NCBI GenBank assembly: GCA_964057225.1
Contig: OZ059896.1
Span: 17,980,001-18,044,000 of the forward strand
Length of the DNA stretch: 64,000 nt
Direction of reading: 5' to 3'
Origin: Auanema rhodensis
Lineage: Eukaryota; Animalia; Nematoda
Both the position numbers and the translations under genes were made by a program. Each line of letters opens with the position of its first letter. Within the stretch, counting starts at the first letter, position 1. Positions 1 through 14,565 of the stretch are shown here, piece after piece. The notes beneath the pieces were generated by a model. It did not search any database and was not told where the DNA came from. It was given only the letters and a program-made list of their open reading frames with translations.

Positions 1-2156
1 TCTCTCTATCTCTCCCTCTCTCTCACTTATTCCCTGTCTTCTTCATATATTGCCCCTTCTTTATCCAATTTTCTTTTTCAATTTTTCTCTTTAGATATAG
101 AGCATTGATGGCTCTCTCAGAATTTCCTTAAGTTTCTGAGATTTGTCTCAAGTTGAAACTAGAAAATTGACTCACATCTGCTAGGTCTATCACTATACAT
201 CTTAACTAAGCATGTTATATGACCGAATGGGTGACTCAAGTTCCAATTGAGATAGATACCCTACGGCATCTTACAGCTGAAACACAATGTCCATAGGGAG
301 ATCAAGTTGAAACATCAAAGAGAGCATCAAGTTAGCTTACATCATGTAGTATATCAACTACAACGAAGACATTGTGAGAAATGAGAAGAAGAATTAGGTG
401 GAATATATCTTCAAATTGATTTTCTTTCAGAGGAATACGTTATTTATTGTATTTAGAAATAGATTATGTATTTCTTAATTTCCTTTATATTTCCTTTTAA
501 AAAATTTTTCTCGTTTGTTTGCTTATCTACGTTATAACCTTTAACACCACCCCTTCTATTACCCCCTTCCCCTCCTCTTGCTCGGGTTCGCTCTTTCAAT
601 CAGAAATTTCATTTATTCATTTTCATTCATCAACTTTTATTTTCTGTAGCTTAAGACATGACCCACATATGGTTCGATAAAGGACATCGCAATTGGAACC
701 CGTGGTGGTGGGTGCCGTAGAGACTACGCTAACCTCACTTCTTCTTTTCTATCTTACTTCCTTACTCTCCCCTTGATCTCACACGTCTATTCTTCCTCTT
801 GTCGCAGCCAACACCATTTTCTTCATCTTTCCCTTCTCTTTCTCTTCTTTCCTTTTTAGCTTCATAATGTTTCTCCTCTTTCTCTTTTAATCTCTAGTTT
901 TCACATGCCCTCCTGCACTATTCTCTTTTCTCTCGCGATCCCTTGACTTTTCTTTCAACTTCTCTTTTTTTCTTTTCTGCTTTTCACAATCTCTCTAAGT
1001 TTCTGCTTCTCTCATTCACTCACTCTCATTCCTTTCCTGGGTACTAAACTAAGAGAGAGCCCAACGAGGAATATATAGAAAGAAGAAGAAAGAAAGAAAG
1101 AGAGAGAGAAAAAAAAATAAAAAGAGCAAAGAGATCAAAATAAAGAGAGAGGGAAAAGATACAGGAAAAATCTATGACTACAGGAGACAAAACAGAGAGA
1201 AAGGAATGTAAACCCAGAGGGAAATCAGAGCACAAAAGGAAAAAGAGAAAAAGATTTCAAATATATTGGAATCTGTCATACTCATTAAGATTACTCAAAT
1301 CAAATACTTTGCAAAAAGTATTTGAGATTCTGAAATACATGAGGTAAATGAGAGTCAAATTGATCACTCTTTTCGTATCAAACATAGAGTAATGATCAAA
1401 TAAAATCTGTGAACAACTCCTGTACTCAGTTTCTGCCTAATATGTTTCTAAAAAAATTCTGGAGCAATTCAAATATACCAGAGTATACTAGATGAACCAT
1501 CATATGAGCAGCTTCCTCTCTCTCTCTTTTTCTCTCTCTACCCGAGTTCTCTCTATGCCCACTCTCCTACGTCTGTCTTCCGCAGCGTCTTTCATACTCA
1601 TCTATCCATCCATTACATTTCATTCGGCTTCAGTCTGCTATTCAGACTAGCCAACTGCTGGTTTCCCATATATGTATGGGCAGCTTGAGACTAGTGTGCC
1701 AGCGAGTCCACGACGTCGGCGATTCCTCTCTCTCTAGCTCTCTTCTTATCCCTTATACATACTACACATTCATCCTCTCTACGTTCATTGGACCAGATAG
1801 ACAGAGCATACGAGAGAGAAAGAAGAAGAAATAGAGAGGCTGAGAAGCAGGGAGATGCAGAGAGCATTGGTCTGTGCATGTGCATTGGTCGAAGGGGGGT
1901 AACGCCTCCTACTCTTGCTTTCTATTACTTGATCCTCTGTCTCTCTAGACATCCTTCTTCTATTCTCTCTCCACTTCCCCTCTCTCTCCTCCCTTTCTCC
2001 CCTTCCTCTTTTTCTTCTTTACTACCTCAGTTTGACTAGTCGAGACTCTACGCAGTAGTAGCAGAAGCACAAGTAGCAGTAGCAGCAGCCAGCCACATCC
2101 CTATTCCGGATATCGGCCTGCTTCACACCAGATTCTAAAATTCAAGTCAACTAAAT

Positions 2157-5100
2157 ATGTCCATCGCCGACAACGGTATGAGTTTTTTCGAGTTTTCTCT
2201 TTTTTCTTTTGTTTTTTTTTTCTCGTCCCCCCTTGACCATTATTTCCTCCCTTTCTTCGTCACCGAATCTCCCTCTCCCCTACTTTTACCCCATGCCCAA
2301 TGTTTTCTTATTTATCCTTAAGCCCCTCAGGCCATTTGCGGGCCTGTCTTACCTTTAGAAGAGCATCAGCATTTATACGTTTTGGAATATGTCTTCAAGC
2401 CTTTATTGCCATATAGAAGTCTTAAATCGTCTTGCAAGAAACATATTTCAACCTATTATTCATCGTTTTTTTTCCTTTATAACGAACCAGAAGAACATGA
2501 AAATGGAGAAAGAATTGCTTCTAAAGCTGTTTGTCAATTGCTTGATGAAATGACATCTGACTTTTCTTTTCTTCTTCAACATTTCTTAGGAGAATGTTGC
2601 AAAGCTACAATCATGTATATCAGAACATAATGTGTGAAAAGAAAATATTTCTCTTTCATATTCATGTATGTTTATCCTTAACTATTCTCAGAAGAATATA
2701 TGTTTCTCTTCTTATTTAACCCAAATATTTCCTTTTTTTTGTTAAATTTGAATGACGAAATGAAAATGTTTTTCAATAGCATCTTTTATCATCACCAACA
2801 TACGTTTAACTTTTAAAAATTTTATTTTTGTCAGTCAAAAAGATAAAAAGGAAATATTCTCGCAATCTCTTTTTATCTTTTCATCTCTAACGTTCACAAT
2901 TCTGAAAAAAAAACATTTTCTTCTTCGTTTTAATAATTTTTTTGACATTATTGTCGAATTAATTTCCTTCCGTTTGTGATGGAAAATAATGTACAGGAAA
3001 ATGAGTGACAAGACAGAAAGAAAAAAGAGTTTTTTTTTAATTTCTCTCTCTTTCTCTTCATCTCTATCTCTCTCTAACTTACTACATTGAAAAATTATCC
3101 ATCTGAAAGCACAAATCTAATCTTCGTTCGTTATGTTGTTCAGACACCAATGACAACTTGGCTTCACATGGCGAATCGGTGTCCAATCGCTTGAATTTCT
3201 TCCATATTTTCTTCCTTTAATCCCCGTATTACAACTCCAATTACAAAATGATGAAATAATTTGGTAAATCCTACATTAAGAATTTGATTATCAAAAATAG
3301 TTTTTGGAATCAAAAGTTCAGATTTTGTTTGCTATCATCTGTCCCTCCTCCCTTTACCCCCCGAGATTAATGAAACGTTTAGATTTTCATTTACATAATA
3401 TTAATCTTCTTTGTCTCTCGCCCTCTCTCTCTCTCTCTCTCTCTCTCTCATACCCCTTCCCTCTCTCTCTCCCTCTATTCTCTCTCCAATTCCCTATATT
3501 CCTTGTCCTGTTTCTATAGCATCTACTACTTCTTCTTCTATAAAGAGCTTTTCATCATCGTTGTTTCTACTATTTCTTACCAACATATTTGATGTTTCTT
3601 TTGTTTATAACATTATATATTATTATTTTTAAACATTTACTTTTCTAATTGATATAATACTTTCAAGAAAAGAAAATATCCTTTATTTTGCTCATTTTTC
3701 AACTTTTCTTACTTGAAAGACTACTCATATCGTTTCATCAGCAAATAATTGAGAAGCACATTGCTCTCGACTTTCACTTTCATTCTGTCATGCAGCTACA
3801 AGACGAAACTTTGGCCTTGCAGAAGGAAGCTTCACACTATGGCAAGCTAAACTTAGCCATATTTCCGCATCATTCATCATTTTTATTTGAGAAAAAAGGC
3901 TTTTAAACATAAAAATATATATAAATAACTATAATTATATATTTATGTTTTAATTGAATATCTTAGAAAATATTTTTATGTTTTTTCACATTACTATCAA
4001 GAAATCCATTTCTTCAATGAATCAGAAACTCTTTTTCTTCTTTTATTTTGTTGTTTTTGATTTTATTTTTCTTCCAGTTTATGTACATTCTATCGTCCCA
4101 ACCTCTTTCTATCTCACTTTTTTTCATATTTAACTTGCTTTTCCCTCTTTTCATTCCCCAGCTATATTTGGAAGCTATAACTATAGCAGTAATTTTCATT
4201 TTTCATAAAAAATTTCCAAATAAGCAGGTGAAAATTGAACAGGGGATTATAAAGCTTCATACTGATCTCCTGTTTTTACTTGGCAATAAAGAAACAAGCC
4301 AGTAATTGCTGTTGGTGCTCTTCTAACTGAAGTTTGGAGGCTATGACCGATGCCGCACGAGAATCACATCGATGTGCTTCACTAAACTCTCAGTAATTCC
4401 TTCCTTTCGTCCTCTTATCCCATGTAGCTTCAACCCCTCCCTTCCTCCTACCCCCCTTCTCGACCCTTTCTCTCTATCCTCTTGAAGACGACAGCGTTGT
4501 CGTCATCGCGGTAGTTGTCGTTGCCGTGTTATGTGTTGGTCCGTGTCAGAAGCCTAGAGACAGAGTGGACGTCTCTCTTCTGATCGGCACTGACGACAAT
4601 CTATTGGACTTGCTCTGCAGACTTAAGAAGCCCCTTCTCCTGCATTCATCCTATCATGCTATACACACCCTTGTCCTTTTGTTCGTCCAGAAGGTTTCCT
4701 ATTCTCACCCAACACATCCCTTTTATAATTGTCGGTTAGCATATTCAGCTATTTTCAGGATGATGGATTGGCATCACAGGAGATGGGTAGACGAAAACTT
4801 CCATCGATTCCATCTTACCCTAGCTACTCAACAATCCAGAACTACTCGACTAACAACTCAGCTCTGAGCAGTACCAGTGCTACTACTGGCTATGCTGCAG
4901 GAGCGCCAGCAACCCAACAACTTCACACATCTTCTAGCTCCATTGTTGGATCGGCAACTCCGTGGGTTGTTACACAATCGACTGGTGCGGGCTCAGTAGA
5001 TAAGATTTCATCACGCTTATACGGATCGTCAGCCATGCTAACTGGTACACAACCATCCAGCATTCCACAGCAACATGTTCCTGTCTATTTGTCATCATCA

Positions 5101-8100
5101 GCCCCAAGCACATCAGTCAGCCATCTAACATCGAATGTTCCAAATCTAATATCAGCTGGCACACATGTTGGTGCTTCTGTTGTTGCCGGAACATCCGTTG
5201 CTACTGGTTCATCAGTATCATCCACAACAACACCCGGATATGCGCCCGGCTTAGCACTATATGGAGCTACAGCAGGTGTACCAGCAACTGGTGGTAACGT
5301 CGAAATTGGCCGAAGCAATTTCTTCACAGAACCAGTGTCCAGACCAACATCTGCCTTATCTAGACCATCATCAGCACTTAGCCATATCTCCATGGATACA
5401 GATTTAATTTCTATGACAAGTCGTGGAGATCCGGCTATAGCTCCAGGCGCTACATATCAAGTCAAGCCAAAGACTGCCGTTCGGCAAACTGTTAGCTCAT
5501 TTGTGAACAAGCAGAATCAGCTTACACATCACTTTGTGCAGCAGTCTCCCCGAATTCCAAATACTTTAGCTCGAGTATTATTGAAGAAAGAACTGAAGGA
5601 AGCTTTGAATCGGCGCCGTGAAACTCTAGAAGCATGTGAGATCGAGGCAAGCCAACGTCAATATGTTGTACATAAGATGCTGGTTACGGGACTACTACCT
5701 GAGACTCGAGAAGATGATATTCCACGAGTTATACGATGTGATCTACCCGAAGAAATAGTCCGTGGGGCTCGTGTCGTTCCCGTGCAGCCAACTTCAGCTT
5801 TACTTTCATCAGCCTCCCTTCCTGGTGCCAAAAAAGAACATCAATATCAGCCCAAGTTGCGTGATCAAACAACATCAACATCTACAATGTACCATCAAGC
5901 TTCAACCACGTCTTCTGTTCCTCATTCAGCTATTCCACCTAAGCCACCAGCACATGGAACTCAATATGCAACAGCAGCCACATCTGGGCATCATGTTGCA
6001 CCATCATCTGTACAGCCAACAGGATATCACCAACCGTATTTCTCAACATCGTTGAGACAACAGGTTGAATCAGATCGTTATCGACTGGCACAGCAGAAGC
6101 GCACAACTGAGACTCAAACAGATATGAGCAACGTTGAAGAGTCATGTTATGCTCGAGTACCTATGACAAAGGAGAGAAGCTTGTCAGCTGAACCATTTAC
6201 ACCAAGAAGCACTACCCGATTTGATGCTACGGCACAAACTCAAACCGATTTGCTTGAAGCAACCCGCAAATACTTTGAAGATTACGATCGTCAATTGAAA
6301 GATCTTACAGAAAAGGCGAAGATGTCAGCTAGACGGCAACGTAGTTTCGAATTCCACGATGATGATTCGTTATCACGTGAACATCGTCGACAACAGCTTA
6401 TGGAAGAATTGTCTAAACGACGTGAACGTCTCTGGCAATCATCACAAATGCCTTCTGATTCTATGCCATATCGTGCTCAATTTGCACCCAACCTATCCAG
6501 CTCAGATTATTCTTCTGTTGTACCACATTACGGTAGTTTACCACGCATTGACTATCCAGCTAATGGACCACATCGTCGAGACTACACATGTCGTACGTCT
6601 GGCATGGGCATGGGTACCAGCTCATTTGATCCTTTAGCTGCAAGCACATCACTAAGTTATGATCCAATGGCTCCAGTCTCAACTTCACGCGGACGTCAAC
6701 AACAATGGCCATCAGCAGGAACTGGTATTCGTCATAATGCTTACAACTATGGTAGTTTGCCACGTAACTACGAACGATGTCTTGGTCAGGAAGGGCCTAT
6801 ACAAATCGAATATGAACAAAGCTTCGGAGCTAAACCATTCAATAGCAATACAAATACTGCAGGTTTAGCTCGTTCTATGTACGATCTGCAAGGTCTCGAT
6901 AATATGACTGGAAACATCAATGATGCTTTAAGCTATATGCCATCTGGACATGGTCGTTCTCTAAACTATCTTGATCAACTTCATCATCCATCTACGGATC
7001 GACTGCTTACAATGCGACATCAAATTGATCCATCTATACGAGGCTCTGCAGTTACTGGTAATTATGGCTCAACTGGCTTACATGGAGGTTTACAACCTGT
7101 TGGTACTTCATGCAGCTATGCAGACGACGCTTTCACCCTTCCTCCATACAACTCACAACAACAGGATATGCTCAGTCAATACGCTAACTACTTGAGTAGT
7201 CAATTCCAAAATGATTTAAGATCAGCTGAAACCACAGCTCCTTCTGCTTATACGTTACCAAATCCAATGCCTCTGCTATCATCTCGTTATGATTCGGGAC
7301 CCTTTTCCGATCCTTATCGTTTAAATCAGACGCCAACAAATATGCAATTAGTCAGCCGCAAGCATACACCATCTCGATATCCAACAACAGTTGGTGCTTC
7401 TAATACCGGATCAAACTTATTAGCTAATGCTGGTCATAGTGCTAATTCATACTATCCACCGCCTATGAGCGATCCCATTCAACCACAAACAAGCTTTGGA
7501 TCAGGATTCGATTACCGTATGCCATCATCACAAGTTTACAGTCGAAATGAGATGAACTATGGATCACGCCCATCTCATTATCCAGCAGATTATGGTAACA
7601 TCGGATACCGTGAAGCTGTTGCTGGACGCAATGTCATGGACGTCTACAATCAAAATGTGCCATATCATCAACAGCATGCAATGCATGCCGGCGCATCCGG
7701 TCTAGCTGGCAACTCTGTGCTAAACTCGCGTCTAGCATCAACATCAGCATATCCCACCGATCCAATGATGTCATCTTCATTAGGAGGAATGGGTGCCTTA
7801 CCATCAGCTAGTACTGCCACCGCATGGCCATACGGACATCAACATGCACAGCATCCTCAGCATCCGCAACAGCAACATCAACATCAACATCAACAGCAAC
7901 ATCAGCAGCAACAACAACAGCAACATCATCATGGTCTTGGCACAGCAGCTCGTAGCAGTCATCAGCTTTCCTATGGAGATCCGAATGATGCTTTATCCCG
8001 TATCTACGCTACAGTCGGCAGACGACGACCAGGTGCTTTATCCTCATCCGTTAACGCCTTTCAGCCCGATAGTCCTTCGTTTGTGATTGACGGACGTTAG

Positions 8101-10197
8101 AAGTCATGAAGGGAGATAGAACATCAAAGCATTAAGAATTGAATGAATGTAAAGATGTTGTAGTAAATCCCGATGAAAAATCAGCTGTCAATCATATAAA
8201 TATATATATATAGGGAACAGTATATATCATCATATAAATATATAAATTATAATAATAATTATATAATTTATATATGTTTATAGTGTTTTCTCAATGTTAT
8301 AATTATATTCTAGACCACAATTTTAATACTTTTATTTTCTTTTAACATCATTATCAATCAGCTTTTCAATTTCTTTTTCATTCAATTTCATTATTTTCTT
8401 CTGTTTTTTTTCCAAATAATATCATTCAATTCTTAAATAATATTTATTCTGAAAAGAAAAAATATTAATTTACTATATAACAACAACAACAACAATACTA
8501 TTTTTAAAAAAATAGTTTATGATGAGTATGCCTGATTATAAGTGTGATCTATGACCTCAAATCTTTTTTTATATATTTTTATTATTATTATTATTTAATT
8601 TATTATGCTCTGTTGAAGATGTTTATCATAAATATTAATAGTTTATTTGACTATTTATATAAAGAAAATTAGAAGAAAATTGACTAATAATAGAACAATG
8701 TGCTCTTAACAATTGATGTAAGAAGGTATGAAAACTAAAACCTTGAAAGCAAAGCAATATAACATAAAATAATTATAATTACAACTTTTATATTTACAAA
8801 ATTACTATTCACATATAGTAATTAATAAATATTATTTATACATAATGATTATAAATCATTTTATATATTTAAAATAAAGAAATAAAGAAAGAAACTTAAA
8901 ATTCTTGAATATAAGAGATTTAAGCTCCAATCTCATGCTTTAAGCTTATGTACTCACTCGATTATGCAAATGAGTTGAACATGCATTACTTGATCTTAAT
9001 AGCATACTCATTTACATGAAAATTAATTTTTTCAAATATATACTTTAGATATATATTAAATTATATATTATATACATATAGTTATGTATATTCATTTTAT
9101 GTTTCAATGCTGAAAAAAGGTTTGTAATAACAGCATTTTTTGGAAAAGAAAATTTTTCTTTTCCATTTTTATGACCTTAGTAACAATATTTATATGTAAG
9201 TAGTATAACCTTGACTACTAATACAACATTTTTCAAATTTAAGTTTTGAATATAATGGAGATGTGAGATAGAATAGATGGGGAGAAAAGGAATGAAGGGA
9301 TATAGTAATAGAATAGGAAGGATATACTGAATATTTAAAGAAACTTTTATATTCCGAAAAAATAACTAGATAACTATATGATATAAGTAATGTAAAGAGA
9401 CATTTCCTTATTTCGTTTGTTGAAAAAGAAATAGTCATCATCATGTCTAACTACATTCATTTTCTGTGTGCTTATACACATGAAAGCTAATGGAGGTAGA
9501 CAATAGGCTAAGAGAATGACTAATGATAGATATGAGTTTATTTAGTCTTTTCACTAGCTAACCAATTGCATTCATCTACTATTTTTTGATGTCTAACATT
9601 GTCGAAATACGGGAAAAAAACTTAATGAAACACATAAGTTAACTAAAAGTTGAACATGTTTTCTTATAAAATCAAAATGAGAAATACTACGTGAAATTGA
9701 CGTGAAATACACGTCTTATCATCTATTTCATTGATATTTGTGATAAGAAGCGGTTGCATGGTTTTTGTTTGGAAAAGAATTTTGTTTTGGCTTTCAGTGT
9801 TATAATAAGCTTCCGAAGAGACTTAGTTCCTAATCAGCTTATTCATTTTCTTTTAACCATAATATCGTTATAAAGTCTAATAACAGCAGGTTGATGATTC
9901 TTCGGATGTTAAACTGAAAGTCGTTTTCTATTCTAGTATTTCCAAGCAACAAAGAGGATTGAATATCATTAGTCTGAACTTAATATTTACTTTGGTGCTC
10001 AGATGCCAAAGATAGATTGTATATCAGTGAATAAATGAAAATACGAAATATTTAAAAGAAACGTTTGTGGAAATTCAAGTTTAAAAGATTTTAATAAAAA
10101 TTATTAGAAACCTAAAGAGCACATTATTCTATTTAAAAGTCAAAGTTTCAGTCGAAATGCAGAAAGAAACATTCTTCATAACTCTTATTTATCTTTT

Positions 10198-10271
<74 letters not shown>

Positions 10272-12669
10272 TTCTGAATATCTCTCTCATACACACACAT
10301 AATCATTTCACATATATCTCTAACATGTGGTCTAGAATATAATTATTTAAAATATCAGGCTGATCGGCGTTTAATTTAAACCTTTTTAACCATATTAATT
10401 CATATTTTTAGATAAAAATTATAATTATTCATCACATACTCTAGGAAGTGGAATACCATCTAGTAGACGAGTTCATACACTTTCTCCACGAGAAGTAAGT
10501 TTTTGATTTTGATGTTTGAATATGTATTTTGCTCAATCAGGCTATAAGCTCGTTCGATTTGCATCGTGAAGCCTCTCCAGGTCATCATATTAAACGAATT
10601 CTGTTAACTCGTCGTCATAAAGATCATAACATCTATAATGGTAATAATTAAATTTTCTTATGAATAATTGAAAAAATGATTTGAATTCAGATTTGGGTGT
10701 TCGAATTATTGGAGGCAAAAAGATGCCAAATGGAGAATTATCAGCATTTGTATCTGCTATTAATCAAAATAGATATAATCAAATATTGGGAGAAATAAAA
10801 GAAGGTTAATATATATTTATATAATTTATATATTTTATATTTTCTAGGTGATGAAGTTCTTGAATGGAATGGTATTCTATTGACTGGAAAAACTTTTGAA
10901 GAAGTTGAACGAATCACTAACTCCAGCACAGGAGAAATTGAAATTATTCTAAAAACGTAAGTTCTTCAAGTTTGACTTTCTCAAGTTTTAAAATTTATGA
11001 ATAGAAATAAAATATAACTTTGTTTGTTCTTTTAGTGAAGGTGATGGTCCACGTCGTGCACATAATACAACTGGCACACTGCATAAGTATGCTACAACTG
11101 GCGGACACCATAATCATCGTCATAATCATCATCATCAACATCATCACCATCAGCAGCAACAGCATCATCATCATCATAACTCGGAGCATGACCAACATTA
11201 CCATCACAACGATCTTCATCTTTATCAACAACATCAAGATGAACAACAACAGTCATTCGCCAATCATCACTATGATACGTTACCCATACTGCGGAACCGA
11301 GGTGTGTGATGATTTCGTTAACAATACGAATAGACACATAACATAGCCAATACTATATATGACGTCATCATTGTTAACATGTTTATCTCTGACGTCATCA
11401 AATGTTTTTTTCAGAATTATCTCCTGAACGTTCACCACCTGTTCCGATGCACCGTAAATGTGATACTTCCGGAAGATCAAAATCGACTGGAGCACGATCA
11501 CGATCAGTCTCATACGTAAGATTCTTTACTATATGAAATGGAAAAATAAAAAAATATAAACAATATTGTTAATTTCCCTTGAAGCATCATGCTTATGATC
11601 ATCTAAAAGCGTTCCGTTTCAGGGTCGTCACCAGGAAGCTGAAGCAGGCCTCGGACATCTTCAGGTGGCATTATCCTACAACCAGTCTACATCACAACTT
11701 CTGGTTCAGGTTTGTTTATTTTCTTTATTAAAGTGGATATACATGTCTAGATATTGGAACATTGTTCCTTATTAACTAGTTCCGTTCTACTTCATATCTT
11801 TTCTTGAAATATCATATTGTTTTTATAAAAATTTAAAAAAAAAATTTGCAGATTTTATCGGCACGTGGCTTGAAGCTTCGAGATACAATGCAGAATATTC
11901 TACCAAATCCATTTGTAAAAATCTATTTACTTCCTGGAAGAAAGTAATAACTAATACTATATGTATATAATTAATTAAATATTTTCATTACAGAGTATCA
12001 CATAAACGTCGAACTCGCTTTGTACCTAATAGCTGTGATCCTGAATGGAATCAAGAAGTGTTATATGATGTTCCATCAACAGCTCTTCATAATCATTTCT
12101 TGGAGTTTTCTATTTGGGATTATGATACTTTCTCTGAAAACAACGCATTAGGACAAGTTATCATCTCATTGAACGGTTCGTTTTGACTTTTTGATTGAAT
12201 ATTTCAAAGTTTATACGATTTTTCATCGAATGTTCTGCTCCAAAAACTTGAATAAAACTTTTTATATTTTAGAGCATCGAATTCTTGGAGGTATTGCTAG
12301 ATGGTATCCAATTCAAACGATGGACATTCGCCATAAATCGGCTTATAATCTTCCGGTTGAAAGACCGACAACAATTAACAACACAAGTTATTATAATCCA
12401 AGTGAGTTTAATTCTTTAAACTTATTTTCTCAAAATGTCTCTTTTTTCAATTTTGAATGAAAAAAAAATGAGAAAAAGGTTAATGCTAAGTTTAACGAAG
12501 ATGATAAACAGGTATGCTGTATGCTAAGCGTTGTTGCCAAAAGTTAGCAGAAGTACAGTAAAGCTTAGTTAACAAAGTTTTTTAAGGAAAAGAAAATGAA
12601 ACATTTTATTAATTATCTGAATTATATTCTTTAGGTACATTGGATATTGGTTATCCAGCTATTAACTAA
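2157..12669 (+). CDS. cla-1: Clarinet-like presynaptic active-zone scaffold (Piccolo/RIM/Fife-related; PDZ + C2), short-isoform model
   Basis: Phase-consistent exons 2157-2175 (MSIADN), 3144-3178, 4759-8095 (large S/T/Q-rich exon) and then many small exons from 10445. PDZ: DLGVRIIGGKKMPNGELSAFV...EGDEVLEWNGILLTGKTFEEVERI. C2: LQVALSY...ILSARGL...PNPFVKIYLLPGRK...DPEWNQ...WDYD. Stop TAA 12667-12669. Longer isoforms may begin upstream of the window. Confidence 0.75.
3423..3449. repeat. (CT)n microsatellite in a cla-1 intron
   Basis: Uninterrupted CT run of about 13 units. Confidence 0.9.
10202..10263. repeat. (TC)31 microsatellite in a cla-1 intron
   Basis: 62 bp perfect TC repeat; it accounts for the spurious SLSLSL ORF. 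Confidence 0.95.
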
Positions 12670-13605
12670 CTAGGATATAACTATATTTGTTATAACTATA
12701 TATGAAATCATAATAATTAGACAACTATTATGGAATAACAAGACTGAAGAATATATAATTTTCTTTTTATATTTATAAAAAGAATATTTGAATTGACTAA
12801 TAATTTCTAGAAGTGATTCTTAATTTTTTTTTTCAAATAACATGAAAAATGCTCATTATCCGGTATCTCGCCATATTGCTATGTGATTTTATATTTCTAT
12901 TCAATTCGGGTTTTTGTTTTCTATGTGCATACATACAGTCCGATTTGAACCGCATTATTCAATATTATTTTATAACTTAATGATTATTGTTAAATTCGTA
13001 TAATTTGTTAATTATGTGAGAAATATTTATATACTATATGTATTATGTGTAATATTCATGAATCGCCATTCATTTTCTACATTCCTTAAAAACCATTACA
13101 TGTCTGTGAAAGGTTTTCGTCGTCAATCACGATGTTTTCTGCTTTTTCTGTTCATTTTATAATATAAAATGTGTATTTTGCAACTATATTGTTATAGAAT
13201 ATAGTTAAATTAATAATTTGCCCAGCACTTTCGTCACATATTCAATCACTTGACCACCCGCCTGATGTGTTTTTTTCCTAGTTTGAAGGAAACTTTTGTG
13301 TATTGTAATAGTTTAGAAGTTTAATTATTTTTTATAAAAATAATAGATTTTTATATAATTCTTGTATTAACAGAGTAAATAATGTTATATAATTAAAACG
13401 TTTTATTATTATATATAAAACACAAATAGGAAGAATATTACAAATTAAAGCAACGAATCATCGAAAATATACATAATTAATAACTATATGCAAAGATTTT
13501 CGGATCATTTTTCTCAGTTATTTGTATATACATAAAATAATATTATATATAAGATCTTAGTATAAAGAAGATCAAAAAAAGTTCTTTCACAAGAAAAACA
13601 TTAAG

Positions 13606-14565
13606 CTAATTTCCTTTGCCAGTGTAGAAACCACCCAAATTCAAAGCACTCGATCCTGCAGATGATGAGGGAGAAGGAGAGTGTCGAGGAACTGGAGGTT
13701 GTCGTTGTTCAGCAAAAATATCTGATAAAGAAGAAGAAGATGAAGAAAAAGCAGAAGATGGAGATGGATGTGGTTGTGAAGAACGTGGAGAAGAGAATGA
13801 ATTAGAGGATTGCATCATCATTCTATTAGGAGAGAATCTTGAGTTAACACGATCATCATCATCATCAAAAGTTGAGCTGAGTAGAGATGCAAGCATATCA
13901 AAGGGATGTAGTCCACGATCCGCCGCTGAAATTTTTGGAAATTTTCTTTTATATATTCAGAATACACTGTGTGTGTGTATGTGTGTATAAGTATTAAAGA
14001 AATGAAATGTGAAAACTGATACTATAGAAGAAGTTGAGAAGCCATAAGGAGAATGTTAGTAAAACTTAATTAACTCACAAACCATATGGAGAATGGCCGA
14101 AGGATGTGAAACGATCCATTGGGCTACCTCCGTATAACCAATTACCGCTTGGAGCATATCCTTGCATTCCTTGCATTCCTTGATAACCAACTGGTGAATA
14201 TCTGTAAAACATGCGAATAACGCTGAGTCTATGATCCTGAAGTTACCTTGGTCGACCCCAGAATCCCATTGGTTGTGGAATAGGAGCAGGAGCATTTCCT
14301 ATGCCATTGTATGGTTCGTCACCAGTGATAGACTTCAATTCAGCCATACCACCTTGAGCAAAAGTCAAGGGTACGGCAACAGAGGCTAAAACTACATAAT
14401 GTTTATTCAAGCTTTATGCTGAAGCTGTAAGTTTTGGTTCAAAAACTAGTAAAATTAACTGCATATGAGCTATATGGTTAGAAGAAAAATAAATTTTTCA
14501 AATTACTTTTAAGATCAAAAAGAAGAAAACGAACCGAAAACAGCGATACAGTATGTGAACTTCAT
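13606..14565 (-). CDS. Secreted low-complexity G/P/Y/M/S-rich protein, 202 aa, family unknown
   Basis: Exons 14565-14535, 14385-14247, 14201-14083 and 13925-13606 have GT-AG ends and join in frame (609 nt). Signal-peptide-like N-terminus MKFTYCIAVFASVAVPLTFA|QGG; no Cys in the mature part. Confidence 0.8.

Noticed and set aside
1-4500. Many short L/S/F-rich ORFs in the ORF track
   Set aside because: They are translations of CT/GA microsatellite-rich intronic DNA with no splice-supported coding signal.
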